This document shows, piece after piece, positions 38,301 to 48,641 of a stretch of 64,000 bases of DNA. Each line of letters starts with the position of its first letter. Position 1 is the first letter of the stretch. A program made the translations under genes and the position numbers. The stretch comes from a bacterium (lineage in GTDB: Bacteria > Ratteibacteria > UBA8468 > B48-G9 > JAFGKM01): positions 6,489 through 70,488 of the forward strand of contig JALNXB010000005.1 in assembly GCA_023230585.1 (NCBI GenBank), read 5' to 3'. The notes below the pieces were generated by a model. The model had not been told where the DNA came from, did no database searches, and worked only from the letters and a program-made list of their open reading frames with translations.

Positions 38301-39413
38301 ATGGTAAGTGATAACAATTTGATTTTTGCGTTAATGAAAAAATCTAAAGAGATTGGTGCATCTGATATACATATTCACGTTGGTTCTCCCCCTGTAATGA
38401 GGATAAAGGGAGCTCTAATTAGGGTTGATGATGTGCCACTTCTTACCAATGAAAAAATAGACGAAATTGTGAAAGATGTGTTGGTAAAAGAGAGAGATAA
38501 GGTAACTCTTGAAGAACAAGGTAGTATAGATATTTCTCTTAGCGCACAAGGTATTGGAAGATTTAGAGTTAATTTTTATCGCCAAAGAGGCTCAACATCT
38601 ATTGTTGCTCGTAGAATTTCTGATAAGATTCCTGATTTTCACTCCCTACACCTACCAGAATCTATGGCAAACACTTCTCGTTTTATTAATGGACTTGTCT
38701 TGGTAACTGGTCCTACTGGAAGCGGAAAATCTTCAACTCTTGCAGCTATAATCAATGATGTAAACAAGAAGAAGGCGTGCCATATATTATGTATTGAAGA
38801 CCCTATAGAGTTTCTTTATACAAACGATAAGGCAATTATTACCCAGAGAGAAATAGGAATAGATGTAGATTCTTTCCGTGGTGCTCTTAAATATGCTGTG
38901 AGAGAAGATCCTGATATTATACTCATAGGAGAGATAAGAGACACTGATACAGTAGAGTTTGCTCTTCACGCAGCTGAAACAGGGCACCTTGTGTTGGGGA
39001 CTTTACACAGTTCTAACGCTACACTTACTGTTTCAAGATTACTCAATTTTTTCCCCCAGAACAGACAACCACAAGTAAGAAAAGACCTTGCTTTACACTT
39101 GAGAGCCGTATATTCTCAGTTACTATTGCCTTCAATTAAGGAAGATATACAGAGAGTACCGGCTTGCGAAATTATGTTTGTAAACTCTCTTATTTCCCGC
39201 CTTATAACAGAAGAGAAGGATGAAAAAATAATTAAAGCAATCAAAGCAGGTAAAGAAGAAGGTATGGTTGATTTTGAGAATTCTCTTGTAAACCTTGTGA
39301 ATACTGAGTTTATAGATAAAGATACTGCTCTTCTACATGCAGAAAATCCTCAAAGCGTAGAAATGAAATTGAGAGGTATATATTTAAGCGAAGAGGGCGG
39401 CATAGTAAATTAG
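38301..39413 (+). CDS. pilT: Type IV pilus retraction (twitching motility) ATPase PilT/PilU family
   Basis: ASDIHIHVGSPPVMRIKG, Walker A GPTGSGKSST, ILCIEDPIEF, ILIGEIRD, and His box LVLGTLH; start at the ATG at 38301 preceded by AGGAG. Confidence 0.85.
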   Translation: MVSDNNLIFALMKKSKEIGASDIHIHVGSPPVMRIKGALIRVDDVPLLTNEKIDEIVKDVLVKERDKVTLEEQGSIDISLSAQGIGRFRVNFYRQRGSTSIVARRISDKIPDFHSLHLPESMANTSRFINGLVLVTGPTGSGKSSTLAAIINDVNKKKACHILCIEDPIEFLYTNDKAIITQREIGIDVDSFRGALKYAVREDPDIILIGEIRDTDTVEFALHAAETGHLVLGTLHSSNATLTVSRLLNFFPQNRQPQVRKDLALHLRAVYSQLLLPSIKEDIQRVPACEIMFVNSLISRLITEEKDEKIIKAIKAGKEEGMVDFENSLVNLVNTEFIDKDTALLHAENPQSVEMKLRGIYLSEEGGIVN

Positions 39414-39491
39414 TTCTTTCCCTATTACACAAACTTATTGTTGTAACTTTAGCCATAAGAAAAACAGGTTATCTATTGTAATTTATAAACC

Positions 39492-40814
39492 TTATTTCGT
39501 ATAGTTGTGAACCGTTTTCTTAAAGGTTTTCTCCTGAATAGCAAGGTATTCTTCTTTTGTAAAGGGCATTTTTGCTTCTTTTATTATCGTTTTTGCTTCC
39601 ACAGCACCGTCCCATAGCAAGTCAATTGCACATAAAGCAAGCATTTTAGCAGATGTTACATAAGCCATTTTTTTATCTTTTATATTATAATTGTTCCCAT
39701 GGGATGAGCCTTCAGCACCGCCCAGATAAGGATGAATTGAAGGAATTACTTGAGAAACATCTCCCATATCTGTAGAAGAGGCTCTCGGTGGACTATAGAA
39801 AAAATTTTCTTCAGGTATAAAAGATAAAACATTCTTTTTATAAATTTCTATCAACTTTTTATTCTGAACCGTCGGCATATATCCAGGGATTGTTTGTATA
39901 GAAACCTTCGCACCTAAAGCAAGGGCTCCTGCTTTTAAAGCCCTATCTGTTTTGTTAGCTGTTTCGATTATAGATTCAACGCTTGACGCTCTCACCTGAG
40001 TTTCCATAATAACTTTAGGTGGCACCACATTTACAGCTGGATTAAGTATTTCATATACTGAATGAACTCTAACCCTATCATTATCTTTAAATGTTTCGTT
40101 CTGAGCATTAAGAGCAGTAAGTGCTATATTTGCCGCCTGTAAAGTATTTATACCTGAGTGGGGACCAGCAGCGTGAGCCGCTTTACCTTCAAAAGAAGAA
40201 AATTTAAATACAAACCCATTATGAGATTCCGTAAACCCTGCTTTGTTACCCATTGTTGTATGTATCATCATTGCCATATCTACATCATCGAAACATCCAA
40301 TTTTTATAAATTCTTGTTTACCTGCAAGAAATGATATTTTCCCCTTTTTTCTAAGTGATAACCTATACTCAATATCATTAAGTTCTTCTGCAGGGACAGC
40401 CATAAAAGAAATATTGCCTGACAAATAAGGCATAATACCGCTATTTTTAAAAGCAATAGCAGCTCCAAGCAGACCTGCTATCTGAGCGTTATGTCCGCAC
40501 GCATGAGCTGCTCCTGTTTGTTTATCAGCTAAAGGATGGTCAGGAACAGGTAGAGCGTCCAATTCTCCAAGCAGAGCAAGAGTTGGACCCTTTTTACCAC
40601 CTTTCAAATCAGCACGCACGCCTGTTATTGCTAGCCCTGAACGAAAAGGTATATCTTTTTTTTCTAATATTTCCTGGACATAGGAAGAGGTTTTAAATTC
40701 TTGAAACCCTTTTTCTGGCATCCTAAAAATCTTCTCCCCAATTTCTATTATTTCTTTAGAGTGTTTATCTATAACCTTACATATCTCTTTTTTTGCTTTT
40801 TCTCTCTTTTTCAT
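39492..40814 (-). CDS. M20 family metallopeptidase / amidohydrolase (M20D-like)
   Basis: AHACGHNAQIAGLLGAA, GELDALP and a dimerisation-domain pattern typical of M20 aminoacylase/hippurate hydrolase-like enzymes. Confidence 0.65.
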   Translation of the reverse strand: MKKREKAKKEICKVIDKHSKEIIEIGEKIFRMPEKGFQEFKTSSYVQEILEKKDIPFRSGLAITGVRADLKGGKKGPTLALLGELDALPVPDHPLADKQTGAAHACGHNAQIAGLLGAAIAFKNSGIMPYLSGNISFMAVPAEELNDIEYRLSLRKKGKISFLAGKQEFIKIGCFDDVDMAMMIHTTMGNKAGFTESHNGFVFKFSSFEGKAAHAAGPHSGINTLQAANIALTALNAQNETFKDNDRVRVHSVYEILNPAVNVVPPKVIMETQVRASSVESIIETANKTDRALKAGALALGAKVSIQTIPGYMPTVQNKKLIEIYKKNVLSFIPEENFFYSPPRASSTDMGDVSQVIPSIHPYLGGAEGSSHGNNYNIKDKKMAYVTSAKMLALCAIDLLWDGAVEAKTIIKEAKMPFTKEEYLAIQEKTFKKTVHNYTK

Positions 40815-40850
40815 AAAATCTCCACTTTTTAGAAGAGCAATTCAAAAATA

Positions 40851-41468
40851 TTAGATTTCTGTATATTTGTAATCTAAAGGAATTCGATTTTTATCATATA
40901 CCTGTTTAAGTTTATCTTTTGAACTAACAACAATATTATTAAAATAGTTGTTACCTTTACTATCAATATCTACAAGGAAAGGACCAAAATTTTTTACATC
41001 AAAAATCCACGTCGCTTCGGTGGCACCTATATCTTCAAGAAAAAACACTCTCTCTACCCTCACAATCTGTCTTGCTAAAAGAACAGGGTATATAGCTATA
41101 GGGGCAAGGTGTACCGCACCAATTTTTTTCATAGCGTCCGTAGTTGTCTTTCCCATTGTTCCTTTCCCTATAAGAGCCCTTGTTTTTAGTTTTTCAATAA
41201 GAATACCTGCATACTTTTCCATTCTTATGCTTGTTGTGGGAGTTAAACCTAATACCTCCCAACTCGAATTATCCTTTTTCATCACAGGACCTACGTGCAT
41301 CATTACATTTATATTTGAATAATCCAGTTCAGGAAGAATGTTTTCCTCCACCGCTCTTATATAAAAGGACTCTCTACCGGTAAATATTTTTCCAGTAAGA
41401 ACAACCTGTTCTCCAACATTTAGGTCTCTTGTCTGTTTTTCATCAAGAGGTAAAATAAGTTCTCTCAT
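40851..41468 (-). CDS. Class I fumarate hydratase / L(+)-tartrate dehydratase beta subunit
   Basis: LTGKIFTGRESFYIRA...GPVMKK...GLTPTTSIRMEKY, the Fe-S hydro-lyase beta-type signature; 4-nt overlap with the alpha subunit gene. Confidence 0.7.
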   Translation of the reverse strand: MRELILPLDEKQTRDLNVGEQVVLTGKIFTGRESFYIRAVEENILPELDYSNINVMMHVGPVMKKDNSSWEVLGLTPTTSIRMEKYAGILIEKLKTRALIGKGTMGKTTTDAMKKIGAVHLAPIAIYPVLLARQIVRVERVFFLEDIGATEATWIFDVKNFGPFLVDIDSKGNNYFNNIVVSSKDKLKQVYDKNRIPLDYKYTEI

Positions 41469-42406
41469 TGGGTTTCTCCTCTTTCAAACCAATCTGGATA
41501 ATCAGCAAATTCAATTTTTCCATCAGGGTATATTCTCGCAGTAGCACGACGGCATACTGAACACTGACAGTTGAAAGCAACCGGAAGAGCAGCAGTATGA
41601 GAAGCAGCATATTCTATATGGAGATCCAGAAGCGAAACTCCTCCCCCCAGCCCCATTGAACCTATCATAAGAGAGTTTATATCTTCCATTAAAGAAATCT
41701 CCATATCTGAAATAAGTTTTTCAGGGTGCCTGCTACCAACAGGTATTAGAAGTGCAGATTCTTTTGCCAGTTTCATGCATAAATCAGCTGTACCTCCTAT
41801 GCCTACGCCTATAAGATTGGGCGGACAACTCTTCCCCGCTTCCATTGCCCTTAAAGCAGAATCTATAATAAATTTTTTTATACCTTTAATTCCATCCACA
41901 GGTGTTGTCATTCTATAAAATGTGCCAAAAATTTCTGACCCCCCACCTTTAGGAGTAAATGTTGCTTCTATATAATCTATCTCTGAAGAAAACTTTATCT
42001 CTATTTTTGGAAGAAACTGTATCACATTAGTTCCTGGATTATACCTTGTTAAAGGATGTACCATAGTTTTACGCAAGTAATTTTTTTGTGTTGCTTTTTT
42101 TACAGCGTCGCAACATATTTCATATATAGAAGAGAATCCTTTTTCAAGTAAAACATTGTTACCTACCCTGAAATAAAAAAGAGGATACCCAGTATCGGGA
42201 CACGCCAACAAAGATTCTTTTTCACAAGTATTCAGATTATCAAGGGTTGTTTTTATGCTATATTCGGCCATACTACCTGAAACTTCTTCGTTGGCAATTG
42301 TCTTGATACAATCTTTCACATCTTCAGGGACAGTTGTAACACTCTTTACAATAAGGTTATCCAACACTTCTTCGATTCTTGAATTAAGTATTACATTTTT
42401 TTTCAT
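41465..42406 (-). CDS. Class I fumarate hydratase / L(+)-tartrate dehydratase alpha subunit (Fe-S hydro-lyase)
   Basis: CPDTGYPLFYF and clustered cysteines (CQCSVC) typical of the Fe-S type hydro-lyase alpha domain; paired with the beta subunit. Confidence 0.7.
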   Translation of the reverse strand: MKKNVILNSRIEEVLDNLIVKSVTTVPEDVKDCIKTIANEEVSGSMAEYSIKTTLDNLNTCEKESLLACPDTGYPLFYFRVGNNVLLEKGFSSIYEICCDAVKKATQKNYLRKTMVHPLTRYNPGTNVIQFLPKIEIKFSSEIDYIEATFTPKGGGSEIFGTFYRMTTPVDGIKGIKKFIIDSALRAMEAGKSCPPNLIGVGIGGTADLCMKLAKESALLIPVGSRHPEKLISDMEISLMEDINSLMIGSMGLGGGVSLLDLHIEYAASHTAALPVAFNCQCSVCRRATARIYPDGKIEFADYPDWFERGETQ

Positions 42407-42412
42407 AATTTC

Positions 42413-43684
42413 TCACATTAATTTTCTTAGTTCTTTATACGCTTCTTTTAAAAGAGAGGATGTATCATTCTTTAAATTGAACGCATCTTCTTCCCATTTG
42501 TTTATCTGGGATAATAGTTTTTCGTTATCTATATCTCCTGAATATTGTTTGTTTTTAAAAGAGAAAAACCCGTTAAGTAAAGGAAGATAAGTATTAGTGT
42601 AAGAGACAGGGATAGGAATAAAAAAAGAATATAATGGATTGCTACAACAAGCATAATTTAAAGAATTCATTGGGTTTTCTTTATCAATAATTTGAAATTG
42701 AGCCGATACTGTATCAAACATATTGCATCTACCATTTTTACATAAACTGTTAGGAAGATTTTTTGTGTCTCTTGTAAAAGAAGAGATAACTTTTGGTGAA
42801 AGGGTATCAATATTTTTTTTAAGAAGGTATTTTAACCTTTTTCTACGGGTAAGAGTATTTTCTGATGGTGGTTTAGATTCCCATTTTTTTGCCGTAGGAG
42901 TTGTAAAATTGTTAGTAGTAACCCAACTTCCTTCTAAAATAAATTTAGAAGTATATTCCTGAAAATTGTTTTCTACCAGAAGCCCTTTTTGAGTATCTGT
43001 AAATAAAAATATATTACCTTTCTTACCGCTAGCGCCTCCTAAAACTTTTTCATCGATCAGTTTTTCTATCAAAGGAGGGATATCATCTACCGAACTTGCT
43101 CTCTCAGAAATATATCTCATTATATGGCATTGGTTTAGTAAAGGTTTACCAGAAGGGTCTTTAACAAAAGAACCCGTATTATTAGCCCCAGCTAAACACT
43201 TCTCATTAAAAAAATGAGCATATCCCATATTTCCTATATCTCTACCTGCTTGAGAAGATAAAAACCCTTTACTCTTCAAAGAAAAAAACGATTGAGGGAA
43301 GTTTTTTTGATCTCTTATTTTAAGCAGTATATTTCTTTTTGGTTCGACAAGTAGAAAAGAAGAACAATTTAAAAAGTTATCTTGATAAAAATTTGGAGGT
43401 AAATTAGAATAAAATCCGTGAGGCAAACAATTTAACAAAATTAAGTTATCTACATCAATACCAGTAATATCTGATTGACCTTTAATTTCCTCAAGCCAAT
43501 GAGGTGAGATACGAGAGAGTATGGAAGTAAAATCTTTTATCCGAGCATTTAAAATATTGGTAGGAAGTTTTTTTATACTCTGTATTTTTTTAATTAACTT
43601 GACATGTAATAAAAGTGTTTCTTTTGTATACTTACCTATTTTTTTACCGTTTTGATAAGCAGTACCACTTAATTCAATGAACAT
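42413..43684 (-). CDS. Hypothetical protein, possibly a C45-family Ntn-hydrolase/acyltransferase-like enzyme
   Basis: The internal NCSSFLL segment resembles the Cys nucleophile context of C45 peptidases; weak. Confidence 0.3.
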   Translation of the reverse strand: MFIELSGTAYQNGKKIGKYTKETLLLHVKLIKKIQSIKKLPTNILNARIKDFTSILSRISPHWLEEIKGQSDITGIDVDNLILLNCLPHGFYSNLPPNFYQDNFLNCSSFLLVEPKRNILLKIRDQKNFPQSFFSLKSKGFLSSQAGRDIGNMGYAHFFNEKCLAGANNTGSFVKDPSGKPLLNQCHIMRYISERASSVDDIPPLIEKLIDEKVLGGASGKKGNIFLFTDTQKGLLVENNFQEYTSKFILEGSWVTTNNFTTPTAKKWESKPPSENTLTRRKRLKYLLKKNIDTLSPKVISSFTRDTKNLPNSLCKNGRCNMFDTVSAQFQIIDKENPMNSLNYACCSNPLYSFFIPIPVSYTNTYLPLLNGFFSFKNKQYSGDIDNEKLLSQINKWEEDAFNLKNDTSSLLKEAYKELRKLM

Positions 43685-43775
43685 TTTTCACTCCAATTGA
43701 ACTACATCAAAAGGTTTTATTCTTTTAATATTTCAAGTAATAAACCTTTTACTCACACTTAGCAATTCAAAAAAA

Positions 43776-43847
43776 GTAGCGGGATGGGGATTCGAACCCC
43801 AGACGGGCCGGGTATGAGCCGACTGCTCTGCCACTGAGCTATCCCGC
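43776..43847 (-). tRNA. tRNA-Met (anticodon CAU; elongator or tRNA-Ile2-like not distinguishable)
   Basis: Minus-strand cloverleaf GGCGGGA-TA-GCTC-AGTGGC-AGAGC-A-GTCGG-CTCATAC-CCGGC-CCGTC-TGGGG-TTCGAAT-CCCCA-TCCCGCT-A; followed by a U-run. Confidence 0.8.
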
Positions 43848-43888
43848 CAAAAAATAAATCTTTTATTTATTATTATATGAGATTTACT

Positions 43889-43917
43889 ATTTTACTCTTT
43901 TTTTATTATTTTTGCAA
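43889..43917 (-). promoter_or_regulatory. Sigma70-type promoter candidate for tRNA-Met (overlaps the rdgB 3' end)
   Basis: On the minus strand: TTGCAA (43917-43912), 17 nt, TAAAAT (43894-43889). Confidence 0.4.
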
Positions 43918-44493
43918 ATAAAGGGCAAGTTGTTTAAACGCATTTGCTCTATGGCTTCTAATATTTTTCTCTACACTGGTTAGTTGTGCAAAAGTTTTTC
44001 TTTCAGGTAAAACCATAAAGACAGGGTCGTATCCAAACCCATTGTTGCCTTTGGGTTCAAAAGAAATAAACCCTAAAACCTCACCTTTAAAAATTTTTAT
44101 CCCTTTTGAGTCAATAAAAGCGATTACTGTCACAAATTTTGCTACCCTATCTTCAATGTTTTTATAGGTTGATAGCAAGTTAAGAAGTTTTTTTATATTT
44201 TCCTGGTCATTACCGTGTTCTCCAGAAAACCTTGCAGAATTAACCCCCGGTAAACCACCAAGTTTATCAACCTCAAGTCCAGAATCTTCACCAGCAACCG
44301 GTTCTGTATGAAGTTTTTCTTTCAAATGTAAAGCTTTCGTAAGAGCGTTCTCTTCAAAAGTTTTCCCTGTCTCTTCAGGAAAAAATATATCTGAAGGTGT
44401 TGGTAGAACGGCAATATTTGTTAATTGCATTATCTTCTCAACTTCTTTAATCTTATTAAGGTTTTTAGTAGCCAAGTAAAAATAGGATTTCAT
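43906..44493 (-). CDS. rdgB: Non-canonical purine NTP pyrophosphatase (dITP/XTP pyrophosphatase) RdgB/HAM1 family
   Basis: LATKNLNKIKE...SGLEVDKLGGLPGVNSARF...GFGYDPVF, a Ham1 signature. Confidence 0.85.
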   Translation of the reverse strand: MKSYFYLATKNLNKIKEVEKIMQLTNIAVLPTPSDIFFPEETGKTFEENALTKALHLKEKLHTEPVAGEDSGLEVDKLGGLPGVNSARFSGEHGNDQENIKKLLNLLSTYKNIEDRVAKFVTVIAFIDSKGIKIFKGEVLGFISFEPKGNNGFGYDPVFMVLPERKTFAQLTSVEKNIRSHRANAFKQLALYLQK

Positions 44494-45205
44494 CTTTCAG
44501 TATCTCTCGCTCAATTTCAATAATCTCTTTTATACCCTTTTCTGATATTTCAAGAAGTGAAGAGAGTGATTTTTTATCAAAAGGCGCTCCCTCTGCTGCA
44601 CCTTGTATTTCAATAAATTCACCATTACCTGTCATAACAACATTAAAATCAACAGACGCAACTGAATCTTCTGAATAATCAAGGTCTATCAAATGTTTTC
44701 CATAAACTATGCCAACACTTATAGCAGCAAGGTAATCCCTTAAAATCGGCAACTTAATCTTGCCTGATTTTTTAAGTTTTGAAAGTGCCTCTACAAGAGC
44801 TATAAATGCTCCTGTTATTGCTGCTGTTCTTGTGCTGCCATCTGCCTGTAAAACATCACAATCAACATAAAGTGTTCTTTCTCCGATTTTTTGCAAATCA
44901 AGAATTCCTCTCAAAGAACGACCTATCATTCTTTGTATCTCTTGGCTTCTACCTGCAAGATTAGAGTTTCTTTGGCTTCGCTGGTTTGTTGAGGCTGGAA
45001 GTAACGAATACTCAGCAGTAAGCCAACCGTTCCCAGTATCTCGTAAAAAAAACGGGACTTTATCCTCTTGGTTAACAGCACATATAACCTTAGTGTCTCC
45101 AAGTTCTATCAAACATGACCCGAGAGCATATTTAAGAAAACTTTTTGTAATTTTTAGTTCTCTTATTCCCGATTCACTTCTGTTGCCTCGTCTTTTCAAT
45201 TCCAT
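44465..45205 (-). CDS. rph: Ribonuclease PH
   Basis: IRELKITKSFLKYALGSCLIELGDTKVICAV and CDVLQADGSTRTAAITGAFIAL, a canonical RNase PH signature. Confidence 0.9.
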   Translation of the reverse strand: MELKRRGNRSESGIRELKITKSFLKYALGSCLIELGDTKVICAVNQEDKVPFFLRDTGNGWLTAEYSLLPASTNQRSQRNSNLAGRSQEIQRMIGRSLRGILDLQKIGERTLYVDCDVLQADGSTRTAAITGAFIALVEALSKLKKSGKIKLPILRDYLAAISVGIVYGKHLIDLDYSEDSVASVDFNVVMTGNGEFIEIQGAAEGAPFDKKSLSSLLEISEKGIKEIIEIEREILKDEILFLLGY

Positions 45206-45227
45206 TTTATTAATTCCTTATATAGTT

Positions 45228-47135
45228 TTAAAGAAAAATAGGAGACAAAAAAATATAGAAAGAAAAATCTTCATCATTCTTTCTTATCTTCATATTCAAC
45301 TCCCAACAATGTAACTTCTTCCATATTTCAATTGTCCTACGGTTAAAAGAGGCATCGTTCACATCATAACAAAGGTTGATAGCATATTTCCAACTACTAC
45401 CTACGCTATGATTGAATCCTGCATTAATACCTGATATATCTCCTTGCTCATCATACCTTGTTCCAAATGAAAATTGTTTATCTTTATAGTCTACAACCAT
45501 ATCATTTGCACCAAAAACATATTTACCTTTCACCATATCCCATTGATTGTCTCCTAATAAAGATATATTTTTGGTTATTTTAAAATCGTATTTTAAGGTT
45601 GTTTCTTCAAAATCTTTATTGGTTATATTATATAGGTTCTCAAACGAAATAATCTGAGGGTATTTTTCATAACGCCATATTGACCAGTCCAATGCGGTTT
45701 TTGCATAAAGACCATTGTTTATGTTCTCCACTCTATCAAAATATTCAAGCTTATCTTTATTGTATTTTGCTGTTCTGTATAAGAGAGAAAATGATGGGTT
45801 CAAATATCCTACAAAATCTGTCTCTTCTCTTTTTAATAGGATTGAACTTTTTAATCCTATCTCACCCAAAAGATTCAATCTGTTTTCTTCAGAATTTCTA
45901 TAGTCAACCCCTGCCAATGATATGTATGGTGAAAAAACAAAATATCCAGATTCATTACGAGTAGAAAGAGTTAAAGACTCAACACTTCTTAAGGTATACT
46001 CTTTATCTTTATAAAAATTTGTTATACGGAAATCATTTTCTAAATATATGGGGGTTTGAGGCACTTTTAATATTGGAGTATAAAACCTCAACTCTGGTAT
46101 TTTTTCTATATTTAAAAAATCGTCTCCTGCACTATCTCTAAATCCTATATGAAAAATTCCACTTTCAAAATTCTTAGTTAATGCAATATGGTTGTAGGTT
46201 CTACTTTTATTGTAGTATGTGTCTTTAAAGAAATCATAAAAAAAATCTTTATCATACATCCATCTCCAATCAATAATAACATTAAAAGGTATACTGGAAA
46301 GAGAAAAAGGTTTAGATAGTTCAGTAAATCCACCATATTCAAATTCACCCTTATCAAATTGATAAGAAAGAAATGCAGATAGTTTAAAATTCTTATCTTC
46401 AGAAACAACCTCAGGACCAGCACCTATACTTTTTGTGCCAATATTAACTTTTGTGGCTAATGAGATATCAGAAGTTTCTGAGACTCTATGATTAAATATC
46501 ATCTCCAATGTTTTACCCACACGGGAAGTATGCCCTGTACTTATCAAGAAAGGTGATGACTTGGTCTTATAATCAATGGTAATACGCGGAAAATAAAAGA
46601 CAGCAAATTTTTCTCCAAGAAAAAGTTTCATCTTTTCTGCTTTCAAGTAATCTTTATGCACATACTTAATCTTCTCCACAGCCAACCTATAATGAGGGTT
46701 CTCTTTATCGCAACTTGTTATATACCCTTTATACAAAAAAAGTGTTGTTTTATCTCTCTCTACTTTTTCTGCTTTTCCATATAAAGGTGGAACTTTAAAG
46801 GTAGAGTTAAGCATTACTCCTTCTTCTTGGTACACATTATAAAAAAAACTTTCAGCCCTAAAAGTTCCTTCTATGGTTTCAACATCAACAACCCCTTCTA
46901 TATTTATTTCACCTGTAGATTGGTTAAATATTGCTTCGTTACATATAATATTTATATCATCCAAAACAACTTTTACGTTGCCTGAAAGAATAAATTTATA
47001 AGGTTCACTTGACTCATCAAACTCAACATTCAGGTTGTCTGAAGTATAATAGATGGTCTTACCGGCAGGAAACAGCGAGCTACAAAAAAAAAGAAAAACC
47101 AATATAAGAAAAGATGTTATAAACTTTATCTTCAT
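45228..47135 (-). CDS. LptD/OstA-like outer-membrane protein (LPS-assembly), tentative
   Basis: Signal peptide; N-terminal OstA-like jellyroll (YTSDNLNVEFDESSEPYKFILSGNVKV...INIEGVVDVE) followed by a long beta-rich region. Confidence 0.4.
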   Translation of the reverse strand: MKIKFITSFLILVFLFFCSSLFPAGKTIYYTSDNLNVEFDESSEPYKFILSGNVKVVLDDINIICNEAIFNQSTGEINIEGVVDVETIEGTFRAESFFYNVYQEEGVMLNSTFKVPPLYGKAEKVERDKTTLFLYKGYITSCDKENPHYRLAVEKIKYVHKDYLKAEKMKLFLGEKFAVFYFPRITIDYKTKSSPFLISTGHTSRVGKTLEMIFNHRVSETSDISLATKVNIGTKSIGAGPEVVSEDKNFKLSAFLSYQFDKGEFEYGGFTELSKPFSLSSIPFNVIIDWRWMYDKDFFYDFFKDTYYNKSRTYNHIALTKNFESGIFHIGFRDSAGDDFLNIEKIPELRFYTPILKVPQTPIYLENDFRITNFYKDKEYTLRSVESLTLSTRNESGYFVFSPYISLAGVDYRNSEENRLNLLGEIGLKSSILLKREETDFVGYLNPSFSLLYRTAKYNKDKLEYFDRVENINNGLYAKTALDWSIWRYEKYPQIISFENLYNITNKDFEETTLKYDFKITKNISLLGDNQWDMVKGKYVFGANDMVVDYKDKQFSFGTRYDEQGDISGINAGFNHSVGSSWKYAINLCYDVNDASFNRRTIEIWKKLHCWELNMKIRKNDEDFSFYIFLSPIFL

Positions 47136-47157
47136 AGTAGAAAAACTTCACATAACC

Positions 47158-48564
47158 TTAGAATGACACCAATGAAAAATTGAGATATTTTTCAAATGCC
47201 TCCTTAATTGGAGCAAGCACATTATCAGGAACAACACTTACATGGTGACGATGTCCAAGGTAGCCTATAGTCTGAAGAATCTTCTGTAGGTTTTCTATCT
47301 TTGCAACGCCAGCACATCCAAAAAAATCGGCTGGTATAGGGTCATCAGTAAACTGGGCTTCACCAGCATAAAATTCAAGTTTCCCATCACGGGTTAGCAT
47401 ACCACCATAAGTAAATGGTCCTTCGGATATTATTCCTTGATTACACCCAAACGAACACCCTTGCCCAACACTGTTTGCTAAAATAACGTGGTCAACAATT
47501 TTACCTTCGGTTTTCATCATCTTTTTTGGAACAGGGCCACAATGAAAAAGTATACACTTATCTTCTTCTTCACCATAATTATTGTTCCAATCAAGGCATG
47601 TAACAACATTTCCAGAAGCCCTGCTTAAAGCGTACATAGTCACAGCATTACCTACATCTACCTCACAAGCGGCGGGTATTCCCCGATTGTTCAGTTCACT
47701 CAAGACTACACAAGGAGAAATATTAAGCACCTCTTGCATCTCAGTCCAACAACGTAGAGCGATTGCGTCAAGTTGATACTCTTCTATTATCTCATCAAGC
47801 ACAACGGCAAGTTTAACAATAGTTTCAAAAGAAGAATGAGGTACACCCTGCCAATCAGAATAACTGCTTAAGACCGATTTTTTCTTTTTAATAGAAGAGC
47901 AGTTAGATTTAAGAAGTTTCATACGGTGAAAAATAGACGATAAATCAAAAGTTTCCACAGTAATACCGTGACTCTGTAAAGCTACCTCATCTATCCTAAC
48001 TGTCTTAAAAGGGGTTGTTCGAGCACCTATAGCTCCAACTGTCATTTTTCTCATTCCTTTGACAACCCTGCAAAGTCTATCAAAATAATCAATATGAGCT
48101 TTAAAAGCATTGTTTTTAGGATGGATGGTGTGGGGAGTTAAAGCTGTAAAAGGTAAATTATATTGACGAAAAAGATCCATAATAGATAATTTTCCACAAA
48201 AAGCATCTCTTCTGAGTTCAGGTCTCATCTTATCAAGTTCATCTGGGTATGCCTGAACCAATATTGGAACACCTGCTTCTTCAAGTGCGTTAATTGCCCC
48301 TGATTCATCTCCAAAATTGGGAAGAGAAAGAATTACTCCATCAAATTTCCCTCTATTTTTTTTCAGAAATTCTGCATATATTTTACCTTCAGCAACAGTC
48401 TCTACTGCTCCAAATCTGGTAAGTTTTTCATCAAGAACTATACTTTTATGGCCTGCCTTTTTTAAGGTATCGGACATTTCTTTCCTTGCCGATTCAATAA
48501 GAGAACCAGGAAAGAAACCTCTATTGCCAAAAAATAATGCAAACGTTGATTTTTGTGAAAACAT
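47158..48564 (-). CDS. L-fucose/L-arabinose isomerase family protein
   Basis: About 470 aa with N-terminal FFGNRGFFPG...GVILSLPNFGDE, recalled as a COG2407-type sugar isomerase pattern. Confidence 0.4.
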   Translation of the reverse strand: MFSQKSTFALFFGNRGFFPGSLIESARKEMSDTLKKAGHKSIVLDEKLTRFGAVETVAEGKIYAEFLKKNRGKFDGVILSLPNFGDESGAINALEEAGVPILVQAYPDELDKMRPELRRDAFCGKLSIMDLFRQYNLPFTALTPHTIHPKNNAFKAHIDYFDRLCRVVKGMRKMTVGAIGARTTPFKTVRIDEVALQSHGITVETFDLSSIFHRMKLLKSNCSSIKKKKSVLSSYSDWQGVPHSSFETIVKLAVVLDEIIEEYQLDAIALRCWTEMQEVLNISPCVVLSELNNRGIPAACEVDVGNAVTMYALSRASGNVVTCLDWNNNYGEEEDKCILFHCGPVPKKMMKTEGKIVDHVILANSVGQGCSFGCNQGIISEGPFTYGGMLTRDGKLEFYAGEAQFTDDPIPADFFGCAGVAKIENLQKILQTIGYLGHRHHVSVVPDNVLAPIKEAFEKYLNFSLVSF

Positions 48565-48641
48565 ATCATTCCCTCCCTATGTAGAGAGATAGTATATAAA
48601 AAAAAGAAGAAGACTTGTTTTAAAGTATAACGTTTTCTCTT

